NCBI GenBank assembly: GCA_042568575.1
Contig: JBHPIO010000013.1
Location: 1-30,112 of the forward strand
Direction of reading: 5' to 3'
Origin: Patescibacteria group bacterium
GTDB lineage: Bacteria; Patescibacteriota; Gracilibacteria; UBA1369; PNNO01
Length of the DNA stretch: 30,112 nt
Below are positions 1 to 8,012 of the stretch, piece by piece. The notes beneath the pieces were generated by a model. That model did not search any database and had not been told where the DNA came from. It saw nothing but the letters and a program-made list of their open reading frames with translations. The position numbers were made by a program, and so were the translations under genes. The first letter of the stretch is position 1; each line of letters opens with the position of its first letter.

Positions 1-1
1 G

Positions 2-718
2 CTCCCTATATTACACATCGTCGTCGCAGTAACTCTTGTCCTGATCTTAGGCTTTGTTGCTATCTACTCTTTACGAAAGTATAGAGATTTTAAATTGATT
101 GTTAGATATTTTCTGCACGATCTTGGTAATTACATGACTACCCTGACGATCTTTCAGGATTATTTTGAAATGCAAAAAGGAATAGACGATCAAAATCAAT
201 TAAAAGTTTTACAAGATGAAAACAGAGTTTTAATAGATAACATGAGAGACCATCTCTTTGTTTTTAGTGGTTCTTTTCAAAAAGGATTATTAGGGAAGAA
301 GGATGTAGATGAAGTTGATTTTTGTGAGTTGCTTGAGAAGCACAAAGACTCGCTTCTTAGAAAAGGAATGTTGAAAAGAAAATATGCGTGGAAGTTTTCT
401 ATCCCTGAGACTCCAATAATTTTAAAAACTAACATGCACTTACTCAATAGCATGCTTGGAAATCTGTTCTGCAATATTCGCAAATATGCAAAAGAGGGAT
501 CAGAAATAAGCGTAACACTGAAAAATGTTGATGACAGGAAGCATGCAACTTTAGTTATCCAGAACGAAAAGGATTTAGATAGGATCGCTAAAAATAGAAA
601 AGGGCAAGGACTATACTTTATAAAAAAGTTCTCTCCGCAATTACATGCGAAAGTTAATTTGTCAGAGAGCGAGAATCAGTTTAAGACTGAGTGTCACTTT
701 CGAAAGGGAGTGAAATAG
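2..718 (+). CDS. Membrane-anchored histidine kinase-like protein, 5' partial, degenerate HATPase domain
   Basis: Frame is open from the window start (LPILHIVVAVTLVLILGFVAIYSL, a TM helix), so the TTG at 95 is internal. H-box FLHDLGNYMT, N-box GNLFCNIRKYA, G2-like GQGL; no DxGxG G1 box. Stop TAG. Confidence 0.65.
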   Translation, partial: LPILHIVVAVTLVLILGFVAIYSLRKYRDFKLIVRYFLHDLGNYMTTLTIFQDYFEMQKGIDDQNQLKVLQDENRVLIDNMRDHLFVFSGSFQKGLLGKKDVDEVDFCELLEKHKDSLLRKGMLKRKYAWKFSIPETPIILKTNMHLLNSMLGNLFCNIRKYAKEGSEISVTLKNVDDRKHATLVIQNEKDLDRIAKNRKGQGLYFIKKFSPQLHAKVNLSESENQFKTECHFRKGVK

Positions 719-2744
719 AAACTGATGTTGATTCATCTTTTACGCTTTGGATACTTATTCCGCCATGGTGTCTTTCCGCAATAGCTTTTGCTATTGATAA
801 ACCAAGACCCGTTCCACCGGTAGCTTTGGTTCGTGATTTATCTACTCTATAAAAAGTATCAAATACATAAGGTAGATTCTTTTTGTCGATTCCAGGCCCG
901 TCGTCACTGATATTGATTTGTAACTCGTTTCCAGTTGTCTTATATGAGATCTCTACTTTCTTGGTTGCGTAGAAAAATGCATTTTGAAGGACTTCGTGAA
1001 ATAATTTTTCAATCAAAGATGATGCACCTTTAATAATATGATCATTAATCTTGTGCTTAACCTTAATCTTTCTGAATGATTTATTTTTGCTGTATAGTTC
1101 GCCGATAATCCTATCTATAAGATGAGAGAGATTTAATGCTTTAAATGTTAGATTATTCTTATTCTTGCGTAATGAAGATAGCTCTATAAGCGTATTTGTT
1201 GTTTTTGTAACCTTATCGATTTCATCTGCAAGTGATGAAATTTCGTCGACTTTTTGTGGTTCCATCTCCATTTGTAATAGCTCCAGGTTTCCCTTAATGA
1301 CAGTCAAAGGTGTATTGAATTCATGGTAGAGAGATTTAATAAGATCTTCATCTTGGTTTTCTTCAGTATCAACAGTTTGCTTTAATTGTTGATATTTTTT
1401 TGCGTTTGATATTGCAGTAGACGCAATTTGATTCAAAAACTTTTCTACATGCTTTAGGCGTTCTACAGAGATTAAGTGCTTTGTTGCATCTGCTTGTTTA
1501 GTTTTTTTGATTATATAAAGTCCAACTACATCATCATCTTTTTTTAATGGGAGAACGAAAGAGGCATCAAAAGAGTTGAAGCTGTCTTTCAAATCTTCAT
1601 AATTTTGTTGAGATGTATGTCCTTCGCCTTCATGGAGTTCGATTTCTTCAAAGGCAAGGCCGCCGCTATGTGTACTAAAAAATTCCATTAAAGGTTTTTC
1701 ATTTGCAGTTATTTCGCTAGCATTTTGTGGAATAAATAGAGTCGCTTCATTATTTACTGCAAGAGCAGTGCGAACATTTTGATTAAGCAAGTCTGCAATT
1801 TCGTTTAAATTTAAAGTGTTAACAATGCTACTTGTTAAACTACTCAAAACTTCTTTGCACTTCTGCTGACCTGGCAGAAGCTTTGTGTAAAGTTTCTGGA
1901 AGAAATTGAAGATAGTATTGAAATATAAAATTGCAATAATGAAGATTATACTCGAAAGTACTTGGTTACTTAGGTAGAACAGAGGTGAGTCTTGGCGAAC
2001 GAAAACCAGCACAAGTCCTGTCGCCAGTAATGTAATTGTTGAATAAGTGAGAACTTTCTGGAATACGAACTGTAGGTCTAGGAATCTGTAACGAGTGATT
2101 GCATATGTAGTTGAAATGACTAGTGGAATTGTTACTACTGGCGCGATCAAATTAAAATAAAATATGCCAAATGCTGGCAAAACTACGTTTGTAAAAACTC
2201 CAAATCCAATCGTGAAACATATACCTGCTAAAACATATTTAAGTTGTGTTTTTATAATAAGATTCGTAGCTTTGAACATCTTATAAAATAATACGCTTAG
2301 AGCTACGATAGGATAAATTGTAACTAATAAGACATGAAAGAAGTAAAGTGGTCCTAAAGTTGCGTCGATTTGATTGTTTACGCTTACAACATTATAGACA
2401 AATAAATCACTTCTAATAGCTACTAATAAAGTGTATACGATTATGGGTATTGCATATGATAAATGCCACCATTTTAAATTTTTTGAAGGTTTTGGAAATA
2501 GATGCGCAAACAAAGCCAATGAAAACATCAGCATAGGGCCTGCAATGAATGATACTTCTGTCCAAAAAATAGGAGTTGAGACTGAGATCATTATCAGACT
2601 CAAGATCCATGCGTTTAAACTTAAATAAAAGAGGCCAAAAGTAAAACTTTGTATTTTGTTATGACTTTTATTACGTATGAAAAACGATAGTCCTACTAGC
2701 ACATTTATCGCTAAGGTTGCAGATAATATTAAGATTACATTCAT
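681..2744 (-). CDS. Sensor histidine kinase with N-terminal multi-pass (HisKA_7TM-like) receptor, GAF-like region, HisKA and HATPase_c
   Basis: About 9 hydrophobic segments in the first ~280 aa with 7TM-type motifs (FAHLFP, GPLYFF, YAITRYRFLD); H-box HEFNTPL, N-box QNAFFYA, G1 DDGPGI, F VFDTFYR, G2 GGTGLGLSI. Confidence 0.9.
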   Translation of the reverse strand: MNVILILSATLAINVLVGLSFFIRNKSHNKIQSFTFGLFYLSLNAWILSLIMISVSTPIFWTEVSFIAGPMLMFSLALFAHLFPKPSKNLKWWHLSYAIPIIVYTLLVAIRSDLFVYNVVSVNNQIDATLGPLYFFHVLLVTIYPIVALSVLFYKMFKATNLIIKTQLKYVLAGICFTIGFGVFTNVVLPAFGIFYFNLIAPVVTIPLVISTTYAITRYRFLDLQFVFQKVLTYSTITLLATGLVLVFVRQDSPLFYLSNQVLSSIIFIIAILYFNTIFNFFQKLYTKLLPGQQKCKEVLSSLTSSIVNTLNLNEIADLLNQNVRTALAVNNEATLFIPQNASEITANEKPLMEFFSTHSGGLAFEEIELHEGEGHTSQQNYEDLKDSFNSFDASFVLPLKKDDDVVGLYIIKKTKQADATKHLISVERLKHVEKFLNQIASTAISNAKKYQQLKQTVDTEENQDEDLIKSLYHEFNTPLTVIKGNLELLQMEMEPQKVDEISSLADEIDKVTKTTNTLIELSSLRKNKNNLTFKALNLSHLIDRIIGELYSKNKSFRKIKVKHKINDHIIKGASSLIEKLFHEVLQNAFFYATKKVEISYKTTGNELQINISDDGPGIDKKNLPYVFDTFYRVDKSRTKATGGTGLGLSIAKAIAERHHGGISIQSVKDESTSVSISLPFESDTQS

Positions 2745-2778
2745 ACTTTACAAAAGGCCACAATATTTGGATAACTAT

Positions 2779-2787
2779 ATTATAACA
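2779..2787 (-). promoter_or_regulatory. Extended -10 promoter for the 7TM kinase
   Basis: TGtTATAAT on the minus strand, about 34 nt upstream of the ATG at 2744. Confidence 0.5.
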
Positions 2788-2830
2788 ATTATTCCAAAAT
2801 GTTAAATGAAATTTAGAAATTCTTCATATT

Positions 2831-2881
2831 AGAAAATGGCTAAGTCTCACAAATAATAAATAAAAAAAGTGAGACTTAGCC
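2831..2881 (-). terminator. Putative intrinsic terminator of the methyltransferase-acyltransferase operon
   Basis: Perfect 13-bp inverted repeat GGCTAAGTCTCAC (2838-2850) / GTGAGACTTAGCC (2869-2881), 18-nt A/T loop, followed on the minus strand by ATTTTCT; begins about 25 nt after the stop. Confidence 0.55.
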
Positions 2882-2905
2882 GATGCTCTTTCCTGACTTC
2901 AGGAA

Positions 2906-3637
2906 CTAATGAACGGCTTGGAGTTCTGGTACGCTGGCAGGAGTAGGACGAATAGAGGTTTGCGTACTTGGGAAGAAGGGATTGAGGAGCGGATCGCTGG
3001 GCTGGCAGTCTTGCACGGTCAGCTTGCCGATCAGGTCATGTTCGAAGAAGAAACGCCACGCTTGCGTGAGCAGTGACGGTTGCAGAGCGACAATGATCGG
3101 CACGGCCTTATCCCAAAACGTCAGGTTGGGATAGCTTTTCGGCCTGCGAACGATCTGCAGATCGGGACTTGTTACCTGAATCCCCATGGATCTGATCATG
3201 AAGTCGCGCAAACGAGGCTGCTGGTTTGCGATGATCCACTTCTTGCCGAGAGCGGTCGAGAAGATGGCCGTACTAAACATCAGAATCGGGGATACGATGA
3301 GCCCTTGATGACGATATGTATCGAATACGGTCTGTCGGCAGACCTCGAACGTCCTGCCCTTGTCGAGCTTTGGCTCGACTCGTTTCAGGTTGTCCCACCC
3401 GAAGTACTCAGCGGTATCGAGGGGATCGTCGTGCAGAGCGATTGCACCCATCAGGTCGCCTTCGTCGATGTTCTCGAGCACGATGAGATGTTTGGGGTCG
3501 AAAACTTCGAAACGGGTACTGAGTCCGATCTCCTTTCTGTACACATCCGCTACACCTTCGAGTACACGCGGACGTTCCTCCGCACTTGCGAAGCGGAGAC
3601 ACATTTGCGGCAGGTTTACACTTTCAGTCCTTTCCAT
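2906..3637 (-). CDS. GNAT-fold acyltransferase of the N-acyl amino acid synthase (FeeM)/LuxI/thermostable-hemolysin-like group
   Basis: Motif order LRFASAEER..VY..; MGAIAL..DPLDTAEYF; GRTFEVCRQTV..YR (compare EVSRLAV..YR); QPRLRDFM.R.MG (compare PRH..FY...GF). SD TAAGGAG overlaps the upstream stop. Family recognised by eye. Confidence 0.6.
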   Translation of the reverse strand: MERTESVNLPQMCLRFASAEERPRVLEGVADVYRKEIGLSTRFEVFDPKHLIVLENIDEGDLMGAIALHDDPLDTAEYFGWDNLKRVEPKLDKGRTFEVCRQTVFDTYRHQGLIVSPILMFSTAIFSTALGKKWIIANQQPRLRDFMIRSMGIQVTSPDLQIVRRPKSYPNLTFWDKAVPIIVALQPSLLTQAWRFFFEHDLIGKLTVQDCQPSDPLLNPFFPSTQTSIRPTPASVPELQAVH

Positions 3638-3649
3638 CTTTCCCTCTCC

Positions 3650-4483
3650 TTACACGGGTTGAGCCACCATCATGTGGCATTGATTCCCATAGGTGAGCGC
3701 TTCATACGAGATGCTGCACCCAGCTTTTATAAGTGATTCTTTCAGTTGCTGATTAGTCGTGAAGTGATACGTTTTTTCCTCTTGGGCCCTCCGAACGATC
3801 TCTACGTTAATCTCTCCTAGTTTGGATAGAATTTCGGTTACAGGCTGATCTTGGAATCCACGCAGCATTCGCGCATACTCATGTTCGGTAACACTCATTG
3901 CAATTTCCGCAACAGAAGCATTCCCAAACAGTTCTCGAGACAACTGGTTCAACTTTGCAAGATCATTCGTGCGCCATCTTTCAACATCTTTAGGCGATTG
4001 ATCGAGCTGAGCCATCAGGATGAGCCCCATGAATTGTCCAGCGTCTGGATTCACGAGAATCATCTTTCCGTCTTGGTGCAGGTGGCGCTTCAGCATCCTG
4101 ATAGCCGTGTCTGGATCTGGAAGAGCGTACAAGACTTGTGAGCATAGGATGCAATGAAATCGTTCTTCCAAATCCACGTTTTGTGACAGATCCAGTTGCT
4201 CGAAGGAATAATTCGAGCCAATGAGCTTTTCCTGGGCATGTTCCAACATGGCAGTCGAACGATCGAATCCAAATCCTCTTATTGCATTTCCAAAAGTCTG
4301 GTAAAGGGTTAACAGAAAATTTCCAGTTCCACATCCGAAATCTGCGACTCTCATCCCTGGAACGATTTCCGCAGCTTTAAGCATGTCAGCCATCAGCATA
4401 CGGTACGCTTTGAGAACGAGCAGTATGTCGTAGATCCCGGCATAACGGTCCCAGAATGTTCGGTCATTTTTTTCTGAAGTCAA
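3650..4483 (-). CDS. Class I SAM-dependent methyltransferase (small-molecule type) with C-terminal helical insertion
   Basis: FWDRYAGIYD; motif I VADFGCGTG; GFDRSTAMLE; FHCILCSQVLYALPDP; LHQDGKMIL. TTG start with SD AAGGAGGT at 4489-4496. Confidence 0.88.
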   Translation of the reverse strand: MTSEKNDRTFWDRYAGIYDILLVLKAYRMLMADMLKAAEIVPGMRVADFGCGTGNFLLTLYQTFGNAIRGFGFDRSTAMLEHAQEKLIGSNYSFEQLDLSQNVDLEERFHCILCSQVLYALPDPDTAIRMLKRHLHQDGKMILVNPDAGQFMGLILMAQLDQSPKDVERWRTNDLAKLNQLSRELFGNASVAEIAMSVTEHEYARMLRGFQDQPVTEILSKLGEINVEIVRRAQEEKTYHFTTNQQLKESLIKAGCSISYEALTYGNQCHMMVAQPV

Positions 4484-4488
4484 TTGAG

Positions 4489-4569
4489 ACCTCCTTTTTC
4501 AAAGAGCGATCAAACTTGATCGGTTGATTGAAACATTGTTCAAATCAAGAAAGAGCTCTTCAAATAGTA
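4489..4569 (-). promoter_or_regulatory. Structured leader with boxA-like motif abutting the SD
   Basis: Minus strand: -10-like TACTAT (4564-4569), imperfect hairpin 4524-4548, hairpin CGATCAA-GT-TTGATCG (4507-4522), GCTCTTTGAAAA (4496-4507), AAGGAGGT. Confidence 0.45.
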
Positions 4570-4679
4570 CAAAAAATGAGTTATCAAAGTTTCGTACTTT
4601 GTTAATATTTTTATCTGTTAAATTACAAATAAATGTTATGAATTCCTTATATAAAAATTATAGTTTTCTGGATTTTTTG

Positions 4680-4708
4680 TTGACTTCGAAAGTTAAACAT
4701 ATTATGTT
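4680..4708 (+). promoter_or_regulatory. Sigma70-type promoter for the response regulator
   Basis: TTGACT-17 nt-TATGTT. Confidence 0.4.
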
Positions 4709-4736
4709 GATCCTGCAACTCTAGCCACCTATATTT

Positions 4737-5414
4737 ATGAAAATCCTATTTGTTGAAGATGATGTTGTTACCGCTAATTTCTTGATGAGGGGGTTACAAT
4801 ATGAGGGATACACGGTGGAACATGCTTTGGATGGTCGTGAAGGATTAGATCGAATCATACATGGTTCATACGATTGTGTCATCCTGGATTTAATGTTGCC
4901 TCATATGAGTGGGGAAGATGTGTTAAAACAGGTTAGGGCTCAAAAAAAATCAGTCCCTATAATTATTTTGACAGCAATACAGGATGCAGAGACAAAAATT
5001 AAACTTTTAAATGCGGGGGCTGACGACTATTTGTTAAAGCCCTTTTCTTTTGTTGAACTTATTGCGCGAGTCAAGGCAGTAGTTAGAAGGACAAATGGTG
5101 AAAAATCTGATGATGAAATTCTAGAGGTTGATGATTTGAAGATGATACCTCGTTTACATAAAGTTGTGCGTGGTGAAAAAACAATCAAGCTCAGACTTAA
5201 AGAATATGCACTTCTTGAGTACCTTATGCGTCACCCTGAAGAAGTTGTTACGCGAGGCGCGCTTATCGAAAAAGTTTGGGATTATAATGCAAAGATTTTT
5301 TCCAATACGGTTGATTCACATATCTCAATTCTACGTAAAAAAATTAATGATGGGTTCGATAAAAAGTATATCGAGACTATCCACGGAGTAGGATATATTT
5401 TGGATGATCAATAA
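4737..5414 (+). CDS. OmpR/PhoB-family DNA-binding response regulator
   Basis: REC domain VEDD, phosphoacceptor ILDLMLP, LTA, GADDYLLKPF; winged helix EYALLEYLM...NTVDSHISILRKK...IETIHGVGY. Confidence 0.95.
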   Translation: MKILFVEDDVVTANFLMRGLQYEGYTVEHALDGREGLDRIIHGSYDCVILDLMLPHMSGEDVLKQVRAQKKSVPIIILTAIQDAETKIKLLNAGADDYLLKPFSFVELIARVKAVVRRTNGEKSDDEILEVDDLKMIPRLHKVVRGEKTIKLRLKEYALLEYLMRHPEEVVTRGALIEKVWDYNAKIFSNTVDSHISILRKKINDGFDKKYIETIHGVGYILDDQ

Positions 5415-5430
5415 AAATAGTAAAATAATC

Positions 5431-5458
5431 TTGATTACCCAAAAAATTTTGCTATAAT
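5431..5458 (+). promoter_or_regulatory. Sigma70-type promoter with extended -10
   Basis: TTGATT-16 nt-TATAAT with TGc immediately before the -10. Confidence 0.6.
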
Positions 5459-5505
5459 TGGATTCCCGCAAGAAATTGCGATGATACTAATAATACAATC
5501 CACCT

Positions 5506-5946
5506 ATGGCACAAACATTTTTGACTATCCAAGAAGCAGCGGACATTTCAAAAAAATCAATTCAGACTATTCGTCGTGCTGTTAAATCTAAAAAACTTAA
5601 ATCAAGAAAAAAGAAGACGCCACAGGGATACAACTACATGATTGATAAAGATAGTCTCATTTCGACATATGATTTGAAGCATATCTTTGATGAACAAATG
5701 AAAGAAAAGAAAAAGGGTCGCGAGAAGATTTCAAAAACTCCACGAAAGCTTGCGAAACAGTATTTGACTCATGATGATCTTGGTATCTTTAAAGATACTG
5801 TTCAGAATTTGCTTGATCAGCACGAAAAGGATAAAGAGAACTTCTTTAGGCTTGTACAAACATTTCAAGATAAGATGGTAGCTTTGGAAAATCAGGTAAA
5901 ATTGCTTGAAGCTCCAAAAAAGAAATGGTTTCAAATTTGGAAGTAA
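5506..5946 (+). CDS. MerR/excisionase-type HTH protein with coiled coil and C-terminal amphipathic tail (RocS/RacA/pSK1 Par-like architecture)
   Basis: N-terminal LTIQEAADISKKSIQTIRRAVK HTH; heptad-rich C-terminal half; ends KKKWFQIWK. Confidence 0.7.
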   Translation: MAQTFLTIQEAADISKKSIQTIRRAVKSKKLKSRKKKTPQGYNYMIDKDSLISTYDLKHIFDEQMKEKKKGREKISKTPRKLAKQYLTHDDLGIFKDTVQNLLDQHEKDKENFFRLVQTFQDKMVALENQVKLLEAPKKKWFQIWK

Positions 5947-5962
5947 ATCGTCATCTCTTCTC

Positions 5963-6613
5963 ATGAAGAAAAAATTTCGTAAAGAAATCCTGCGTAAACT
6001 GTTTCATTTGTATCAGCTGATTGTAATCGTCGGATACATTGGACTTAGGTATTATCTTTCGGAAAGGATCGCAACTTTTGCATTGGCCATCCTGTTGATG
6101 ATCATATTAGAGTATGAATTTTTGCGTTTAGAATGGAAGGTTAAAATTCCTGATCCTTTTGGGATTATGCGCACACATGAAAAAAAGGCTGCGACGGGGA
6201 CTTTATTCCTAGTTTTGGCAACGATCGTAGTATTTGCAGTTTTTGATTTTAAAATTGCGCTTGTGGCTCTTTTAATTACTGTCTTTGGAGATCTCGTTTC
6301 AGCAATTGTTGGAATTGGGTGGGGGAAAATCAGGATTTATAATGGAAAGAGTTTAGAAGGATTTGGTGCTGGGTTGGTAATGAACTTACTTGTAGCTTCC
6401 ATATTTTTGTGGGAATATCCTTTGCTCGTTTTAGTGATGGCTTTGGTTGCAAGTGTTGTTGAACTATTCACATATAAACTTGATGATAACCTTACAGTCC
6501 CGATTTTTTCAGGATTTGCCGGGCAAATGCTTGCCTACCTTCTGGGGCTTAATCTAGTTCAATTAACCAATCCAATTCAGGATTTAGGGATTTTCTTAAG
6601 CAATGTTTTTTAA
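5963..6613 (+). CDS. Phytol/dolichol/diacylglycerol kinase-like (SEC59/DGK1/VTE5, CTP-dependent) membrane protein
   Basis: EILRKLFHL, R.HEK, FGDLVSAIVG..WGK, GKSLEG, VELF...DDNLTVP motifs and multiple TM helices. Start placed at ATG 5963 to avoid overlapping the upstream gene. Confidence 0.85.
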   Translation: MKKKFRKEILRKLFHLYQLIVIVGYIGLRYYLSERIATFALAILLMIILEYEFLRLEWKVKIPDPFGIMRTHEKKAATGTLFLVLATIVVFAVFDFKIALVALLITVFGDLVSAIVGIGWGKIRIYNGKSLEGFGAGLVMNLLVASIFLWEYPLLVLVMALVASVVELFTYKLDDNLTVPIFSGFAGQMLAYLLGLNLVQLTNPIQDLGIFLSNVF

Positions 6614-6698
6614 AAGTCGACTTGATTTTTACTTGATTCTGTACGAAAAAGTGCTACCTTTTTAGGGCGTAAAATAAGTAGCATTTAACCAGACTGTC

Positions 6699-7946
6699 AT
6701 GTCACTATTTAAAAGCACGCTGAAACAAATCCAAGAAGCAGCCGAAATTATGAAGCTGGATCAGGATATCGTGACTATTTTAAGTCACCCAAAACGCGTA
6801 TTACAGGTAAGTCTTCCTATTCGAATGGATTCCGGGGAAATTAAAGTTTTCCAAGGATTTCGTGTTCAACATAACGATGTAGCAGGACCTTTTAAAGGTG
6901 GTATTCGCTATCATGAACAAGTTGATATGGAAGAAGTTAAGGCTCTAGCAACTTGGATGACTATGAAGTGTTCAGTTGTAGGTATTCCTTTGGGAGGTGG
7001 AAAAGGTGGAATTATTGTTAATCCAAAAACACTTTCAAAACGTGAACTTGAGCAGCTAACAAGGAAATATATTGATCGTGTTCAACTCTTAATTGGGCCG
7101 GATAGAGATGTTCCAGCACCTGATGTTAATACAAACCCTCAAATTATGGCGTGGATGGCGGATGAATATATGAAGCTTGGAAATCTTAATAAAAATGGAG
7201 TTGTAACCGGAAAACCTTTACATGTTGGGGGATCAAAAGGTCGTGACGAAGCAACATCTCGTGGAGGAGCATACGTATTGGCTGAAATAGCAAAAGAGCG
7301 TGGAATTAAACCTGAAGAAACTCGAGTAATAGTTCAGGGATTTGGAAATGCTGGTTCGCATATGGCTCGAATCCTTGCTGAAGAAGGGTACAAGATTGTT
7401 GGAGTTTCAGATTCTAAGGGTGGAGTTTATTGTGAGGACGGTGTAGATGCTCCAGATATGATTCAATGCAAAGTTGATAAAGGAACAGTTACAAAATGCG
7501 AAAGTCTGCCTAGTAGTTGTGAGATGGTAACAAACGAAGAATTAATTGAAAAAGATTGTGACATCCTTGTGCTAGCGGCTTTAGAGAATCAGGTTACAGA
7601 AGAAAATGCAGATCGCATTAAAGGTAAAATTATTATTGAACTTGCTAATGGACCAGTCACTCCAGAAGCAGACAAAATTCTTGAAAAGAATGGCGTTGCT
7701 GTAGTGCCAGACATCCTTGCTAATGCAGGAGGTGTAACAGTAAGTTATTTCGAATTAGTTCAAAATATGAATAACTACTACTGGACCGCCGAGAAGGTTC
7801 AAAGACGATTGAAGCCAATTATGGTGAGTGCTTGGGCACGAGTTTCGGGGGTACAGAAAAAGTATGACTGTAGTTTGCGGCAAGCAGCATTTATATCAGC
7901 AATGGTACGATTAGAAGAGATGCTCAAATCTAGAGGATTCGAGTAG
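6699..7946 (+). CDS. gdhA: Glu/Leu/Phe/Val dehydrogenase, most likely glutamate dehydrogenase
   Basis: GPFKGGIRY, MTMKC, GGGKGG, DVPAPD, VTGKP, QGFGNAG, ELANGP, PDILANAGGVTVSYFE. Confidence 0.93.
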   Translation: MSLFKSTLKQIQEAAEIMKLDQDIVTILSHPKRVLQVSLPIRMDSGEIKVFQGFRVQHNDVAGPFKGGIRYHEQVDMEEVKALATWMTMKCSVVGIPLGGGKGGIIVNPKTLSKRELEQLTRKYIDRVQLLIGPDRDVPAPDVNTNPQIMAWMADEYMKLGNLNKNGVVTGKPLHVGGSKGRDEATSRGGAYVLAEIAKERGIKPEETRVIVQGFGNAGSHMARILAEEGYKIVGVSDSKGGVYCEDGVDAPDMIQCKVDKGTVTKCESLPSSCEMVTNEELIEKDCDILVLAALENQVTEENADRIKGKIIIELANGPVTPEADKILEKNGVAVVPDILANAGGVTVSYFELVQNMNNYYWTAEKVQRRLKPIMVSAWARVSGVQKKYDCSLRQAAFISAMVRLEEMLKSRGFE

Positions 7947-7963
7947 TCATTAATACAAACATT

Positions 7964-7996
7964 AAAAAAGGCCTGCTATATATTAGCGGGCCTTTT
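7964..7996. terminator. Bidirectional intrinsic terminator between convergent gdhA and aspC
   Basis: AAAAAAGGCCTGCTA-tatat-TAGCGGGCCTTTT: GC stem with A- and T-tracts on either side. Confidence 0.85.
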
Positions 7997-8012
7997 GTTT
8001 ATTCTAATTTAT

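Noticed and set aside
3080-3736. 218-aa plus-strand ORF and smaller ORFs in 3360-4334
   Set aside because: Antisense or alternate-frame shadows of the GC-richer enzyme genes; no motifs or SD, whereas the minus-strand genes have both.
2885-4507. GCTCTTT (2885-2891) and AAAGAGC (4501-4507) as terminal inverted repeats of a mobile cassette
   Set aside because: Only 7 bp, no target-site duplication or transposase; chance is a sufficient explanation.
4496-4560. Known riboswitch (e.g. SAM class) upstream of the methyltransferase
   Set aside because: Hairpins are present but I see no SAM-riboswitch consensus; an Infernal/Rfam search would be needed to exclude it formally.
4524-4724. 66-aa ORF in the regulatory intergenic region
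   Set aside because: TTG start, AT-rich, overlaps promoters and leader hairpins, no recognisable features; a peptide signal cannot be supported.
5906-5962. Upstream TTG start for the lipid kinase
   Set aside because: Overlaps the HTH gene by 41 nt; ATG 5963 fits the family's start.
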